A stretch of DNA of 64,000 nt, taken from positions 1-64,000 of IMG/VR virus record IMGVR_UViG_3300002143_000235; one strand, given 5' to 3'. Both the position numbers and the translations under genes were made by a program. Below the pieces are notes generated by a model, which had not been told where the DNA came from, did not search any database, and was given only the letters and a program-made list of their open reading frames with translations. Below are positions 19,021 to 29,701 of the stretch, piece by piece (the first letter of the stretch is position 1; the number at the start of each line of letters is the position of its first letter).

Positions 19021-19955
19021 TCAATGAAACTATTACAAATTCACAAGATTTACTTACAGCATACCAATCATATGGTTTTGAATTAGATCGTAATACAGGT
19101 GGTATTGTTAAAGATTTATCAAATGATTTTTACATTATTATAAGATACGCTGATCCAATGGAAGAAATAAATGATACAACATTAGTTGTATGTAATGATG
19201 ATATTGAAAAATATATTGTTCTTACTGGTGATGATAATATCAAGACATTCCTAGATAATGGATTTAATGATTTTGAAAATGCTATTATTAACGATCCTAA
19301 TAAAGCCGATCAAATTGCACAACAATTTGGATTTGTTAATGAAATAATGGTTAATGAAACAAATCAAACATTAAATGGACACATAGGTGAATTTGATTGG
19401 AATGAAATTAATAATATTACAGCAAAATTACATGTTATTGGATTAAATGATGTTAAATTTTATTATGGAAATACAGATAATTTTCATTATTTGTATCCAG
19501 AATGGAATTTCATCATAAATAATGAAAAATATAAACTTGTAACACAAGATAAAGATTTAATAAATGGTGAATTTGTTATTCGTAAATATATAAATGGATT
19601 TTCGAAAGGATATGTTGTCAATGGATCATTAAATGATTGTATAACATATCTAACATCTATTATAAATGAACTTCATAATGAAGCTGTAAATCCAGTAGAT
19701 TATATGGGCCGTGACCAAGCTATTGAAATAGCAAATTCTTTAGGATTCGCTTTTGATATTTCATCAAAATACCATAGTCATTATGTATGGACTGAAAACA
19801 TTAACAGTTCTGTTATTAGTTCTATTGAATATCGATTATATAAAGTTAGTGGTATTCGATGGAAAATTTCAAGTCGTATAACTTATGCATTAATTAATTC
19901 TGAAAATGTTAGTGAAGTTAACACTATTAGTGATGTTTGTTGGTTTGATATTTAA
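18987..19955 (+). CDS. putative head-internal polyprotein
   Basis: MFVSINEYRKSINET; internal FVNEIMVNE and IINELHNEA. Confidence 0.7.
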   Translation: MFVSINEYRKSINETITNSQDLLTAYQSYGFELDRNTGGIVKDLSNDFYIIIRYADPMEEINDTTLVVCNDDIEKYIVLTGDDNIKTFLDNGFNDFENAIINDPNKADQIAQQFGFVNEIMVNETNQTLNGHIGEFDWNEINNITAKLHVIGLNDVKFYYGNTDNFHYLYPEWNFIINNEKYKLVTQDKDLINGEFVIRKYINGFSKGYVVNGSLNDCITYLTSIINELHNEAVNPVDYMGRDQAIEIANSLGFAFDISSKYHSHYVWTENINSSVISSIEYRLYKVSGIRWKISSRITYALINSENVSEVNTISDVCWFDI

Positions 19956-19958
19956 ATT

Positions 19959-20930
19959 ATGTATACAAAAATTTTAGACTGGAAAATATTTGAAGCAAAG
20001 ACAAAAAAGATGGGAGAATATGATCTTGTCATTGTCGATGTGCAAGAGCCTTTCAAAAAGTTCTTTGGTGATGCTTACTTGGAAGCATTAGAAGATTATT
20101 GTGAAGATTTTAGTCGTGTATTTCAGATCTATGATATAAACGATATTGACGAACCAGATTACCTCTTTCCAAATCAAACACTTACCATTACTAAAGAATA
20201 TGGTGGTGAACTTAATGAAGAAGATGTGGAATACTATTTCACTGAACCAATGCGTGAATCAATTTATCAAAAATTTGAAACAGGATTTCAGGAACGTGAT
20301 ATGTTTGAGACTATTAATGGTGATTATTTTATTTATGTAGATGGTGCACATGAGTGGTTTATATGTACCAGAGAAATGGCAGATCTTTTCAAAGGTTTTA
20401 AAACAAATGGTCGTAAAATTATACTTGTAGGTGGAGCAGCAAATGAATGTCTCAAGGACATCTACGTAACTATGCGAGCTTTTGATGTGAATGTTGAATA
20501 CAATGCACAATATGTGTATTCATCTAAAGGAAGTCAATATCAAAAACCTGTATTAGAACGTATAGAAATTGATAATATTATTAATGCATCAATTGGTACA
20601 AAATTACCTGAGAGTGATATTTATCAGTATGTTCAAAATATACATTCTGATTATGATGGAGGTTTTGTTGATGGTAATCTAGGTGAACGTATTGAAGAAT
20701 ACAACTATTATACTCTTAAGGATGTATCAATAAGTCATATAGATTTGGATGAATTTTACATTGACGATTCAATCGTAGATGAATATGAGGAGCAATTCAA
20801 ACATTCAAATACGTATCCGCCAATTGTTTTGGGTCACGATTTTAGTATAATTGATGGAACACATAGATCTAATGCATTAGCTCAAGCTGGTGTTACAACT
20901 ATTAAAGCATGGGTTGGTAGTTACGAATGA
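19959..20930 (+). CDS. isochorismatase/cysteine-hydrolase-like plus ParB/Srx-like fusion with leader
   Basis: MYTKILDWKIFEA; LVIVDVQEPF, ILVGGAANECLKD; YPPIVL..IIDGTHRSNAL. Confidence 0.6.
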   Translation: MYTKILDWKIFEAKTKKMGEYDLVIVDVQEPFKKFFGDAYLEALEDYCEDFSRVFQIYDINDIDEPDYLFPNQTLTITKEYGGELNEEDVEYYFTEPMRESIYQKFETGFQERDMFETINGDYFIYVDGAHEWFICTREMADLFKGFKTNGRKIILVGGAANECLKDIYVTMRAFDVNVEYNAQYVYSSKGSQYQKPVLERIEIDNIINASIGTKLPESDIYQYVQNIHSDYDGGFVDGNLGERIEEYNYYTLKDVSISHIDLDEFYIDDSIVDEYEEQFKHSNTYPPIVLGHDFSIIDGTHRSNALAQAGVTTIKAWVGSYE

Positions 20931-21559
20931 TCACAACAATAGCACAATATCGTTTCCTGTGTGAGTCTGTAGGTCAGATCAAATTTACAAATTTACACAT
21001 TGATCATGCATACCAGCAAGATGATTTCCGTCTTGAAGCGCATGTTGGCAATCATCTTGTTGCTTACGCTGATTATTCAGAATACCGTGGACAGTATTCA
21101 ATTAAAATGATTGAGGCACTTGTTAAAGGTCATGGGTATGGTAAAGCTATAATGCATGAACTTGCAAAAATGTATGGATATGAAAATATCACACGCGGTA
21201 ATTTCACAGAAGATGGATTCAAATTACGTCAAAAGGTTGATAAAGAATTGGGATTTGATTATGATAAGTGGTTAGAATCAAAAAACAAACATCTTACTAA
21301 AGAAGAAACAATTGATAAAATTGAAAAAAAATATCCAAGTATTGCTAAGTTTATGTCAGATTTGTGTTTGTTTGGTAAAGATGCATGGTTAAAGTTAGAT
21401 CGATCAGTGTCTAATTGTTTAGAAGCTGATACTGATTTAGATATGAATGATATAGCTGATATAGCATCATGGATTAAAAACTCTGCAACAAATGACAATC
21501 CTACTGATGTAGATGTACCATATCCTATACGAGCAGATTTGAAAAAACTTATAGAATAA
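20927..21559 (+). CDS. leader-family protein with GNAT-like domain
   Basis: MITTIAQYRFLCES; IKMIEALVKGHGYGKAIM. Confidence 0.6.
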   Translation: MITTIAQYRFLCESVGQIKFTNLHIDHAYQQDDFRLEAHVGNHLVAYADYSEYRGQYSIKMIEALVKGHGYGKAIMHELAKMYGYENITRGNFTEDGFKLRQKVDKELGFDYDKWLESKNKHLTKEETIDKIEKKYPSIAKFMSDLCLFGKDAWLKLDRSVSNCLEADTDLDMNDIADIASWIKNSATNDNPTDVDVPYPIRADLKKLIE

Positions 21560-21648
21560 TTTCAATATTTCTTTCATAATTACTAAACATTCATCTACCA
21601 TAGTGGTATAATATATGTAAATAGAATTAAAAAGAATTAAAGGAAATT

Positions 21649-22689
21649 ATGGCAACACAAGATGACGTTTTTAACCTGAAGAACAACGAGCAAGCAAGCA
21701 CGTATCTTCAAGAAAAAAAATCTAACAGCGACGGTCTACTTAGACCAAAATTAGAAGAAGGACGCGATGGAAAACGCGAATTAGTAGTTCGATTTTTACC
21801 AAACCTATCTAAACAGGGCAAGATTGGTCCTACAGCAATTGAAAAGCACATTCACTACGCAAATTTTAAAGCAAATCCAGAACTTCAAGGTTACTATGAT
21901 TGTTTAAAAAATGCAAATATTGGAGAAAAATGTCCATTGTGTGATGCATACTGGGCATTGAAAAACTCTAAAAATCCTGCTGAACAAGACAAAGCTGGAC
22001 TTATTAGTCGAACAACTAAATACTATGCTTACGTATTGGTTGTTGAAGACAAACAAGTTCCTGACAACGAAGGCAAAATATTTATCTTCCCATTCGGATA
22101 TAAAATCTTTGCTAAGATGAAAGCGATGGCTGAAGCGACACGTAAACCATGTCAAGTAGAAGACCTTATCCATGGTGCAAATCTTAACTTGGTTATCCAA
22201 GAAGTTGCTGGATTCTACAACTACGACGCATCTATGTTTGAAGCACCAGAGCCTATTGAAATTGATGGAAAAACTTTAAAAGTAGACGCAGACGGAACAA
22301 TTTCTCCAAAAGAACGTCAACGTGTTGTTGATTTCCTTTTATCAAGAGATAAAGAACTTGATGAGTTTATGCCACAACGTTGGACAGAAGAACAACACCA
22401 AAAAGTATCAAGCATTATTGCTATTTTAACAGGTGTACCAGTTAATGGAAGTAACTTCAATAATGCTGCTCCAACAGCTGCTCCCGTTACTTCTGCAGCA
22501 TTCTTTGGAGACGAAGATGACGAAGATGAACAGGAAACTCCTGCCGCAAAACCAGTAAAAGCTACAAAAGCTACAAAAGCACCGGCTGCTGTAGTTGAAG
22601 AAGTTGAGGTTGAGGAAGATATTGCATCTGAAAAATCAGTAGCTGCAGCTCGTAAACGCTCAAGTAAATTCTTTGACGATGAAGATTAA
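21649..22689 (+). CDS. single-stranded DNA-binding protein, T4 gp32-like
   Basis: VVRFLP, CPLC, YYAYVLVVED, GKIFIFPFGYKIF, Ala/Pro linker and acidic tail FFDDED. Confidence 0.85.
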   Translation: MATQDDVFNLKNNEQASTYLQEKKSNSDGLLRPKLEEGRDGKRELVVRFLPNLSKQGKIGPTAIEKHIHYANFKANPELQGYYDCLKNANIGEKCPLCDAYWALKNSKNPAEQDKAGLISRTTKYYAYVLVVEDKQVPDNEGKIFIFPFGYKIFAKMKAMAEATRKPCQVEDLIHGANLNLVIQEVAGFYNYDASMFEAPEPIEIDGKTLKVDADGTISPKERQRVVDFLLSRDKELDEFMPQRWTEEQHQKVSSIIAILTGVPVNGSNFNNAAPTAAPVTSAAFFGDEDDEDEQETPAAKPVKATKATKAPAAVVEEVEVEEDIASEKSVAAARKRSSKFFDDED

Positions 22690-22707
22690 TCATCATTAAA
22701 AAAGATG

Positions 22708-22741
22708 AAAAGACCAATCCAAAGATTGGTCTTTTTTTTTC
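22708..22741 (+). terminator. intrinsic terminator
   Basis: aaaagaccaatc-caaa-gattggtctttttttt. Confidence 0.85.
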
Positions 22742-22776
22742 TTAAGTTAACAATAACAAAAACGATAAATAACATA

Positions 22777-23766
22777 ATGGATTTTTTAAATAAACCATAC
22801 GTGCGCAGAGGTGCACCAGATTCTGATACATTTATACCCATCCAAGTAGACAACGGTTTTGTTGTTTTTGAAAATGGTGCACGATGTAAAGAAGAAACAT
22901 TTAACACAGATTTTGTTGCGGTAGGTACAGTTAATGAATCTGCAAGTCATGTTGATATTATTAACGCTGAAAAAATAGATCCAGATGCATTTTTTATGGG
23001 ATCCAGTGAAGCAACTAAAAAATTGATCATGGGACAAGTAGATAATCCAGGGCAAACAGCTCCACGTATTGTAAATCAACCAGGTGGTGTAGTTAGTATA
23101 GATGGTAATCCATCAGCATTAGCAAATACTATGTATGAAAATCCATATGAACGTGCTAATGTTGATGATACGACTTTAGGATCTACTCCCATGTCTACAA
23201 CACAACAAATTGCTTTAACACCAGCAGAAACAAGATTACCTGAATATGATGTATTTGATCGTGTTAAAAAGTCTGAAACAATTGACATAAATATTACATT
23301 TAAGTTATCTCTTCCTAGACCAGAAAAACTTGATGCTATGAATGATTTATTTGAAACATCATTCACTGCTTATCTTGCCAAACAATACATTAAAGAAAAT
23401 CTAGTAAAAAATCCTATTACTGTTCAAATGGCAATTAAAGACGCTATAGAAGAATGGATGGAAGAACAACTTTATGGTAAAACTAAATCAAAATCACGGG
23501 CTAAAGCTGGCGCAAAGAAAACTACAACACCAGTTAAACCACGTCGAAAACTAGTTACAAAGAAACCAGTAATAACTGATAAATCAACACCAGTTAATGA
23601 TATATTGTCTACGCTAAATCAAGGTGCAATAGTTTATACAATTAACAATGATGAAGAGCTTGCAGAAATGCGTAAAAAACTAGTAGATTTATATGATAAC
23701 AATCCACAATCAGATGATATTGTTGTCATAGAAGACGTAATTAATGCATATACTAATCCAGCATGA
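22777..23766 (+). CDS. hypothetical protein (likely start MDFLNKP)
   Basis: ORF 22705-23766; the first in-frame ATG lies in the terminator. Confidence 0.6.
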   Translation: MDFLNKPYVRRGAPDSDTFIPIQVDNGFVVFENGARCKEETFNTDFVAVGTVNESASHVDIINAEKIDPDAFFMGSSEATKKLIMGQVDNPGQTAPRIVNQPGGVVSIDGNPSALANTMYENPYERANVDDTTLGSTPMSTTQQIALTPAETRLPEYDVFDRVKKSETIDINITFKLSLPRPEKLDAMNDLFETSFTAYLAKQYIKENLVKNPITVQMAIKDAIEEWMEEQLYGKTKSKSRAKAGAKKTTTPVKPRRKLVTKKPVITDKSTPVNDILSTLNQGAIVYTINNDEELAEMRKKLVDLYDNNPQSDDIVVIEDVINAYTNPA

Positions 23767-24140
23767 GAGTAAGAGATTTATATATTACAGAATCAAAACG
23801 TATCATTGATGAATACAACACAGTGATGAGTAAATTAGATCATTATAATGATTTACTTGCTGAACACAAGATCAAAGTTAATGAGATGTTAATCATTCTT
23901 GGAAATATTGAGTTATCAACAGATCTTGATAATGTAAAGGGTGCTAGAATTAATGCACTGATGTCAGACTACGATCGAATCACACTTGACTTGGAGACAC
24001 ATCTCAAACAATACATCAAGGAAATTGAGACTCTAAAAGAAGCAAGTAAAGTTGTTTATCAAAAGATAATGACAGAATATGCTGATGTTCCAGAGACAGT
24101 GTTACAAACACAAATAAAAAAACAGTTAGAAGAACTCTAA
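23763..24140 (+). CDS. coiled-coil hypothetical protein
   Basis: 125 aa, ATGA overlap. Confidence 0.65.
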   Translation: MRVRDLYITESKRIIDEYNTVMSKLDHYNDLLAEHKIKVNEMLIILGNIELSTDLDNVKGARINALMSDYDRITLDLETHLKQYIKEIETLKEASKVVYQKIMTEYADVPETVLQTQIKKQLEEL

Positions 24141-24152
24141 CTGTTTTTTGTT

Positions 24153-27100
24153 TTATAACTGATTATAATCAAAGTTAAAATTATAATCAAATACACTCAA
24201 ATTAACTGGATAGATATTCAGTTGTGGTTGGATAGTAATAGGTAAAGAGTATGATTTAATTGCTTTACGTGTACAACCATATCCTGAATGCCAATAGACC
24301 TCAACCACAAAGTATGGATCCACTAATTCATTAACAGTAAATCCTACTTGGTCAAGAACAGTTTTATAATCACGAATAATTTGAACATTTGGTAATCGAT
24401 CAATTGATGTTTTTTCCCATACTGAACTTAATCCAGGTACTTGTGTATGTTGTGTAATAAGATTACTAACCCATATTGCATTGTTGTAAAAAACGTAGCT
24501 ATCAACAAGATATGAAATGTTTGTCCATTGTTCTAATTGGAATGTACGAATCTTATATTCATACCAATTTTGTGGCGCAGCAGATGTAAATTCAACACGA
24601 ATATCATAATTGTTTGAACCTTCTGTTACTGGCTGTAAATAACCAGACACATCAAAATCAATACTATCAGCATATTCCTCAACTCTGTAATTTTTTGTCA
24701 TATATGTATCATGTTGGATAATGAAATCATTACGCATTTGGTACTTACCATTTATATCAGTAATTTTTGTACCAATTGGTATAATATTCTCAGTCAACCA
24801 ACGCTTAAGACCTAACAATTTTACTTTGACTTCGTCAAGTGAATATGCATCAACAAAATTACCATCCTCATCAGTGATACGATAATTTAATGAAAACAAA
24901 TTTGTTTTTCTATAGCCAGCATTACGAAGTGTTTCATATCCAACATTAGAATACGTATATCCAGCAACATCCTTGTTAAGTAAGTTGAGCAGTTCAAGAT
25001 TAAAAAGTTGACCAAATTTCTTGTTTTCCGGGTCGATGTTTTGAAAATATTCAGTGAATGTCAAATCGTTGTATCCAAAGAAATTGATAGCCTGGATAAC
25101 ACTCTTGTATGAAGAAAGTGAGTTAAACAATTCACCATAGATTTCGATGAGTTCTTTTCTTTTTCTATTAAGTAAAATCCAGTCAACACCTTCTTCTTTG
25201 ATATCAGCCTCACGAAATATAAAGAAATCTTGCATTTTAAGAATATTCAAGTTTCTGTTATCAAGATTAATTCGGTGACGTTCATCTTCATCCTCTGATT
25301 CACCATATACATCAAAATATGACACAACTTTAGGTAATACTGATACAGACACTTCTAAACGTCTATTGAGCATAATTGGATCACCATTGATATCTACAAA
25401 AGGCATAGTATTCTTAGGAACAACACACACACTTGTTTCATTTGTCACATTTACTGTAAAATACAATCTATTTGTTTGAACATCACTAATTGTAAATTTT
25501 AAACCAGCATTCTTTAATATTCCAAGTTGTTGTCCATCGGCATCCATATCTTTTGCTGTAAATACAACATCTTGTCCAGTTCTAAACCCCAGCAAACGTA
25601 AATCAATAGGTATTGATAATGATTGTAATTCAACATAATTTTCATTAAATACCCATAAATCATCAATAAGATTGACATCAGTAAGTAAAGTAAATTTAAT
25701 ATCTTCAACTAATTCTAGGTGAAGACGTGCTTTGTTCCAACCTTCAAACCCTGCACGATATCCAATAAATACTTGCATAGGGTCTGGCTCAATATCTCCA
25801 TCAAATGCTTCATCCGTAAATGGTATTGTATATGATAACGTATCAAATATAGTTTGTTGCACAAGTGGATTACTAATTTGTGTAATATCTGTATTTGGTG
25901 TGAAATTCAATTGCAATTGAATTTCACCATCCAGTCCACAAAGTGGTATCGGACCGTTGTATGCTGGAAAGTATGGAAACGCTGGAACTAATTGTGATCC
26001 AGAGAAGTCATATAAGAAGAAATCATTGATTTGGGTATTGTACCAAGTCCATCTAAATTTAGCGCGTTCAGCGAGGTCTGTGGTACCCATACGTGGATAA
26101 CGTATAAAGTAATCAGATACTATATTTATAGCAAATGCTAGTGCTTGATTCCAGAAAGATCCTTGATATGATAATGAAATACGTTGATCAGTAATAGCAA
26201 CAACATTATATGATCTATTTTGTATATTCATAAACGCACCATTTATACTCAATTTCTGACCAACTGAATAATAAGATGAAAAATCATATAGACCTGGTGC
26301 ACAAATAATTTCATTACCTGCTACTACACCACCGTTGTTCACTGTAGAATAGAGTGTTTCATATACAGCTACATCACCCATCTTTGGAAGGTAACCAAGA
26401 TTATATGATATATCTAAACGTTTTTCTGGATCACGAACATCAATCTGAATGATAGAAGTAGCTGGAACATTTACTACAATAATATTCAATGAATCAAGAA
26501 TTGGACCATGTGTTGTTACCCAGTCAGCAACAGTCTGATCATCATCAGTATTGAATGGTGTTGCATATTGAATACCATCAATTGTAATAATTAATTGTGA
26601 TTTAATATTGTTGATGTTCGTATCCATGTAACGTGTTACACAGTTTGTTGCATCTGTATTAACAAGTGTGATAATTATAGGAACATTCGGATATGCTGCA
26701 GTAATACGAATTGTATCATTTACTATATTTGTTGTTGTATTGAGTATATCAATTCCAATTTTTGATAATTCTACTGTGTAACCTGCAACAAATGCAGCAA
26801 GTGTTGTTGCCACATCAGTAGTGAATGGTGTATAATAATTTCGTCCATTAATAATAATAGCAAGACCACTTGGATCAATAACTGAAAATACGATAGATCG
26901 TTGATAAACTGAACTGTGCTCTGTATATTCATGATAAATATCAAGTGATTCCTTAACACTAATTGGATAAACATCATATGTTTGGGTTGTAACAATAAGT
27001 GGTGTTACGACTTCAGTATTAGATATACTTGAAAAATTTACAACAATATATGAATCTGTAAACTCTGTAGTAATTTCAAGTGTATCAGTATCAACATTAT

Positions 27101-28232
27101 ATGTAAGATCAACACCACCAGCCATCTCAGCTAAAGCATTACTGTATTGTGCGACAATTGTGTCATATGTAAGAGGTAATGAATAAACGTTATTATTATC
27201 CAATACAACTTCTTGATCGATTAAAATATTGTTTCCTGCAAGAAAAATCTGACATGTTACTGTCTCTGTTACAAGAGACGTATTAACAGTTATTGTACTA
27301 GTTGTTCTATCAATGGATTCAACAATATGTGTAGCAAGGTTAGTAAGTGATACTACACCATTATCTAATACTTGAATTTGATCATTAACCTTCAAAAATG
27401 AAGGAATATATGGCATATAAATTGTTTGACCATTAAAATCTGTACTACCATTACTTACCATAATATTAGATGTACGGATCTGAATATTTAACAACACACG
27501 ATCTCCAGCAATTGGTGTGAATGCACCAGGAGCAAGGAAGAATGCATCTTTTTGACGAACATTACAAACTGTATCAACCGTATAGAGTCCGTCTGCATCC
27601 GTATTACCAACTAATGATAATTTTTTATTTGGATAAAGCTTTGCTGTAATACTAGTTTCATTATAAGCTGGTTCACCAACAGTTTTTTGTACAAGTTCAA
27701 TCACGTCAAGCGGTACAATCTGTGCATTCAAGATGTTAAATGTAGGAAGTGCGTTGTCATTTGTTGTTGTCGTGTATACAAGAACACGACCAGTCTCGAC
27801 AGCCAGAATCTTGAATACTTGTGTGTTAATAATATTTGTATCAAAATCATTATTATGAAAACCATTCAAATCCGTAAAATTACACCACATTCCTTTATAA
27901 AAATCTTTCTCTATACCTGCAGCATAGATCCACTTTGTATTATAGTTTGCATCGTTGTTTACAACCTGAATATCAGTAATGGTATAGGCATTCAACGCAC
28001 CGGGTATGGTAGTCATCCCATTCGTGTTGAATGCCTGGAAGCGCTCAAGTGTTGCGCTAAATGTATTGTTGCTACCATCCAATTTTTCGAATGCGTAAAT
28101 GCCTTGTGTCTTGTATGTATCTACAGAATTCTTGTCAAAGAATATAGAAGAAGAGTGAACCAATGTCTCAGCATTGAAATCAGTATTTAACTGGTGTCCC
28201 TCTTTGTTGAAGAAGATCAAATTTTCTGTCAT
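24153..28232 (-). CDS. large virion structural protein (baseplate/tail-associated, tentative)
   Basis: 1359 aa, Thr/Val/Asn-rich beta composition with internal repeated modules (YYTPFTTDV / YATPFNTDD); TATATAA promoter. Confidence 0.55.
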   Translation of the reverse strand: MTENLIFFNKEGHQLNTDFNAETLVHSSSIFFDKNSVDTYKTQGIYAFEKLDGSNNTFSATLERFQAFNTNGMTTIPGALNAYTITDIQVVNNDANYNTKWIYAAGIEKDFYKGMWCNFTDLNGFHNNDFDTNIINTQVFKILAVETGRVLVYTTTTNDNALPTFNILNAQIVPLDVIELVQKTVGEPAYNETSITAKLYPNKKLSLVGNTDADGLYTVDTVCNVRQKDAFFLAPGAFTPIAGDRVLLNIQIRTSNIMVSNGSTDFNGQTIYMPYIPSFLKVNDQIQVLDNGVVSLTNLATHIVESIDRTTSTITVNTSLVTETVTCQIFLAGNNILIDQEVVLDNNNVYSLPLTYDTIVAQYSNALAEMAGGVDLTYNVDTDTLEITTEFTDSYIVVNFSSISNTEVVTPLIVTTQTYDVYPISVKESLDIYHEYTEHSSVYQRSIVFSVIDPSGLAIIINGRNYYTPFTTDVATTLAAFVAGYTVELSKIGIDILNTTTNIVNDTIRITAAYPNVPIIITLVNTDATNCVTRYMDTNINNIKSQLIITIDGIQYATPFNTDDDQTVADWVTTHGPILDSLNIIVVNVPATSIIQIDVRDPEKRLDISYNLGYLPKMGDVAVYETLYSTVNNGGVVAGNEIICAPGLYDFSSYYSVGQKLSINGAFMNIQNRSYNVVAITDQRISLSYQGSFWNQALAFAINIVSDYFIRYPRMGTTDLAERAKFRWTWYNTQINDFFLYDFSGSQLVPAFPYFPAYNGPIPLCGLDGEIQLQLNFTPNTDITQISNPLVQQTIFDTLSYTIPFTDEAFDGDIEPDPMQVFIGYRAGFEGWNKARLHLELVEDIKFTLLTDVNLIDDLWVFNENYVELQSLSIPIDLRLLGFRTGQDVVFTAKDMDADGQQLGILKNAGLKFTISDVQTNRLYFTVNVTNETSVCVVPKNTMPFVDINGDPIMLNRRLEVSVSVLPKVVSYFDVYGESEDEDERHRINLDNRNLNILKMQDFFIFREADIKEEGVDWILLNRKRKELIEIYGELFNSLSSYKSVIQAINFFGYNDLTFTEYFQNIDPENKKFGQLFNLELLNLLNKDVAGYTYSNVGYETLRNAGYRKTNLFSLNYRITDEDGNFVDAYSLDEVKVKLLGLKRWLTENIIPIGTKITDINGKYQMRNDFIIQHDTYMTKNYRVEEYADSIDFDVSGYLQPVTEGSNNYDIRVEFTSAAPQNWYEYKIRTFQLEQWTNISYLVDSYVFYNNAIWVSNLITQHTQVPGLSSVWEKTSIDRLPNVQIIRDYKTVLDQVGFTVNELVDPYFVVEVYWHSGYGCTRKAIKSYSLPITIQPQLNIYPVNLSVFDYNFNFDYNQL

Positions 28233-28304
28233 GAATTATATATTGAAAAGACTTCAATTTGTCTGAATGTTCAAACAATTATAAAACAAGGATGTAAAAG
28301 AAGT

Positions 28305-28856
28305 ATGACAAATTCAAAACAAAATAAACAAACAATACATGTAAATCTGTTTGCAGGACCAGGAACGGGTAAAAGCACAACGGCAGCAGGCGTCTTTTCA
28401 AAATTAAAGCAGCAGGATATTGACTGCGAATTGATATCTGAATACGCAAAACAGTTGGTATGGGAAGAATCATTTCCTAAGATGTCTAATCAAATTTATA
28501 TTTTTGGTAAACAGCACAAAAGACATCATATTCTTGATGGTAAGGTTGATGTTGTTATCACTGATTCACCATTTCCTTTGGGACTTATATATGATGAAGG
28601 TAGAACTGAATTTCTAAAAGAGTTATGTATGTCAGAATATAACAAACTCAACAATATAAGCATCTTCATCAGTCGTAAGAAAAAGTACAATCCTAATGGG
28701 CGCATGCAAACACTTGATCAAGCAATTGAAAAAGACAACGAAGTTCGTTCATTCTTAGAAGAGAATGGTATACACTATATAACACTAGACGGCGACGAAA
28801 CATTGATCGATCAGGTCGTTACATTGGTGAACAATGCCCTTAAAAATAGGAAATAA
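28305..28856 (+). CDS. P-loop kinase/ATPase (AAA_28/NadR-like)
   Basis: NLFAGPGTGKST, ELISEYAK, VITDSP; likely start MTNSK. Confidence 0.75.
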   Translation: MTNSKQNKQTIHVNLFAGPGTGKSTTAAGVFSKLKQQDIDCELISEYAKQLVWEESFPKMSNQIYIFGKQHKRHHILDGKVDVVITDSPFPLGLIYDEGRTEFLKELCMSEYNKLNNISIFISRKKKYNPNGRMQTLDQAIEKDNEVRSFLEENGIHYITLDGDETLIDQVVTLVNNALKNRK

Positions 28857-28861
28857 TCCAC

Positions 28862-29668
28862 ATGACTATAAACACAATAGAAAGCGTTCGTAAAAAACTT
28901 AAGCATTTCGATGACGATAAATTTGTATTCGATCCTGAAGCACACGTTTATACATATGATGGTAAAATTATGTATGGAACAACATCGCTTCTGGATAAAC
29001 GCTTTATAAAACAATTTGATTCAGATTACTGGTCTAAAAAGAAAGCAGCTGAACGCGGTGTTGATCAAAGTGTTGTTCTTGGTGAATGGGACGCAAAACG
29101 TGACCGTTCATGTGATCTTGGTCACATGGTCCATGATTATATTGAAAACTTTTACGAACTCAATTCAACTCAACTTCCACCAGATGAAGAAGCTGTTGAA
29201 CGTATCGAAAAGTGGCATGCAATCTATGAAAGTAGATTGAATCAACTTGAATCAATTGGATCTGAAATCCGTGTCTTCTCAAAGAAATGGAACATTGCAG
29301 GGATGATCGATAAGCTTTATCTTTTTCAGAATGCAATAATCATTGGTGACTGGAAGACAAATAAGCAGATCAAGACTGATAAAGATTTTGCGTTTGATAA
29401 GTTGCTGTCACCATTCGATAAGTATAAAGCAAACGAGATTAACAAGTATTCATTACAACTTTCTATCTATGCACTAATTCTTGAAGAGGCTGACATAAAT
29501 GTTGAATATTTCTTCATCTGTCACATACCATCTAAGGGTGATGCACAGATTTACAAGCTTAAAGATTTCAGATCAGAACTGAGAACTTACTTCAATCACC
29601 AATTGATTGTTGAAAATATTGATTTTGACGTAGCAAAAAATCCAGATAAAATGGACATTATTTGGTAA
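28862..29668 (+). CDS. PD-(D/E)xK exonuclease
   Basis: GHMVH, AGMIDKL, IIGDWKTNK, YSLQLSIY. Confidence 0.8.
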   Translation: MTINTIESVRKKLKHFDDDKFVFDPEAHVYTYDGKIMYGTTSLLDKRFIKQFDSDYWSKKKAAERGVDQSVVLGEWDAKRDRSCDLGHMVHDYIENFYELNSTQLPPDEEAVERIEKWHAIYESRLNQLESIGSEIRVFSKKWNIAGMIDKLYLFQNAIIIGDWKTNKQIKTDKDFAFDKLLSPFDKYKANEINKYSLQLSIYALILEEADINVEYFFICHIPSKGDAQIYKLKDFRSELRTYFNHQLIVENIDFDVAKNPDKMDIIW

Positions 29669-29701
29669 TTATTTCGTATATTTGTATTAAATATCAAAGA
29701 A

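Noticed and set aside
28862-29668. Cas4 of a CRISPR system
   Set aside because: No Fe-S cysteine cluster, array or other cas genes; ordinary phage PD-(D/E)xK exonuclease.
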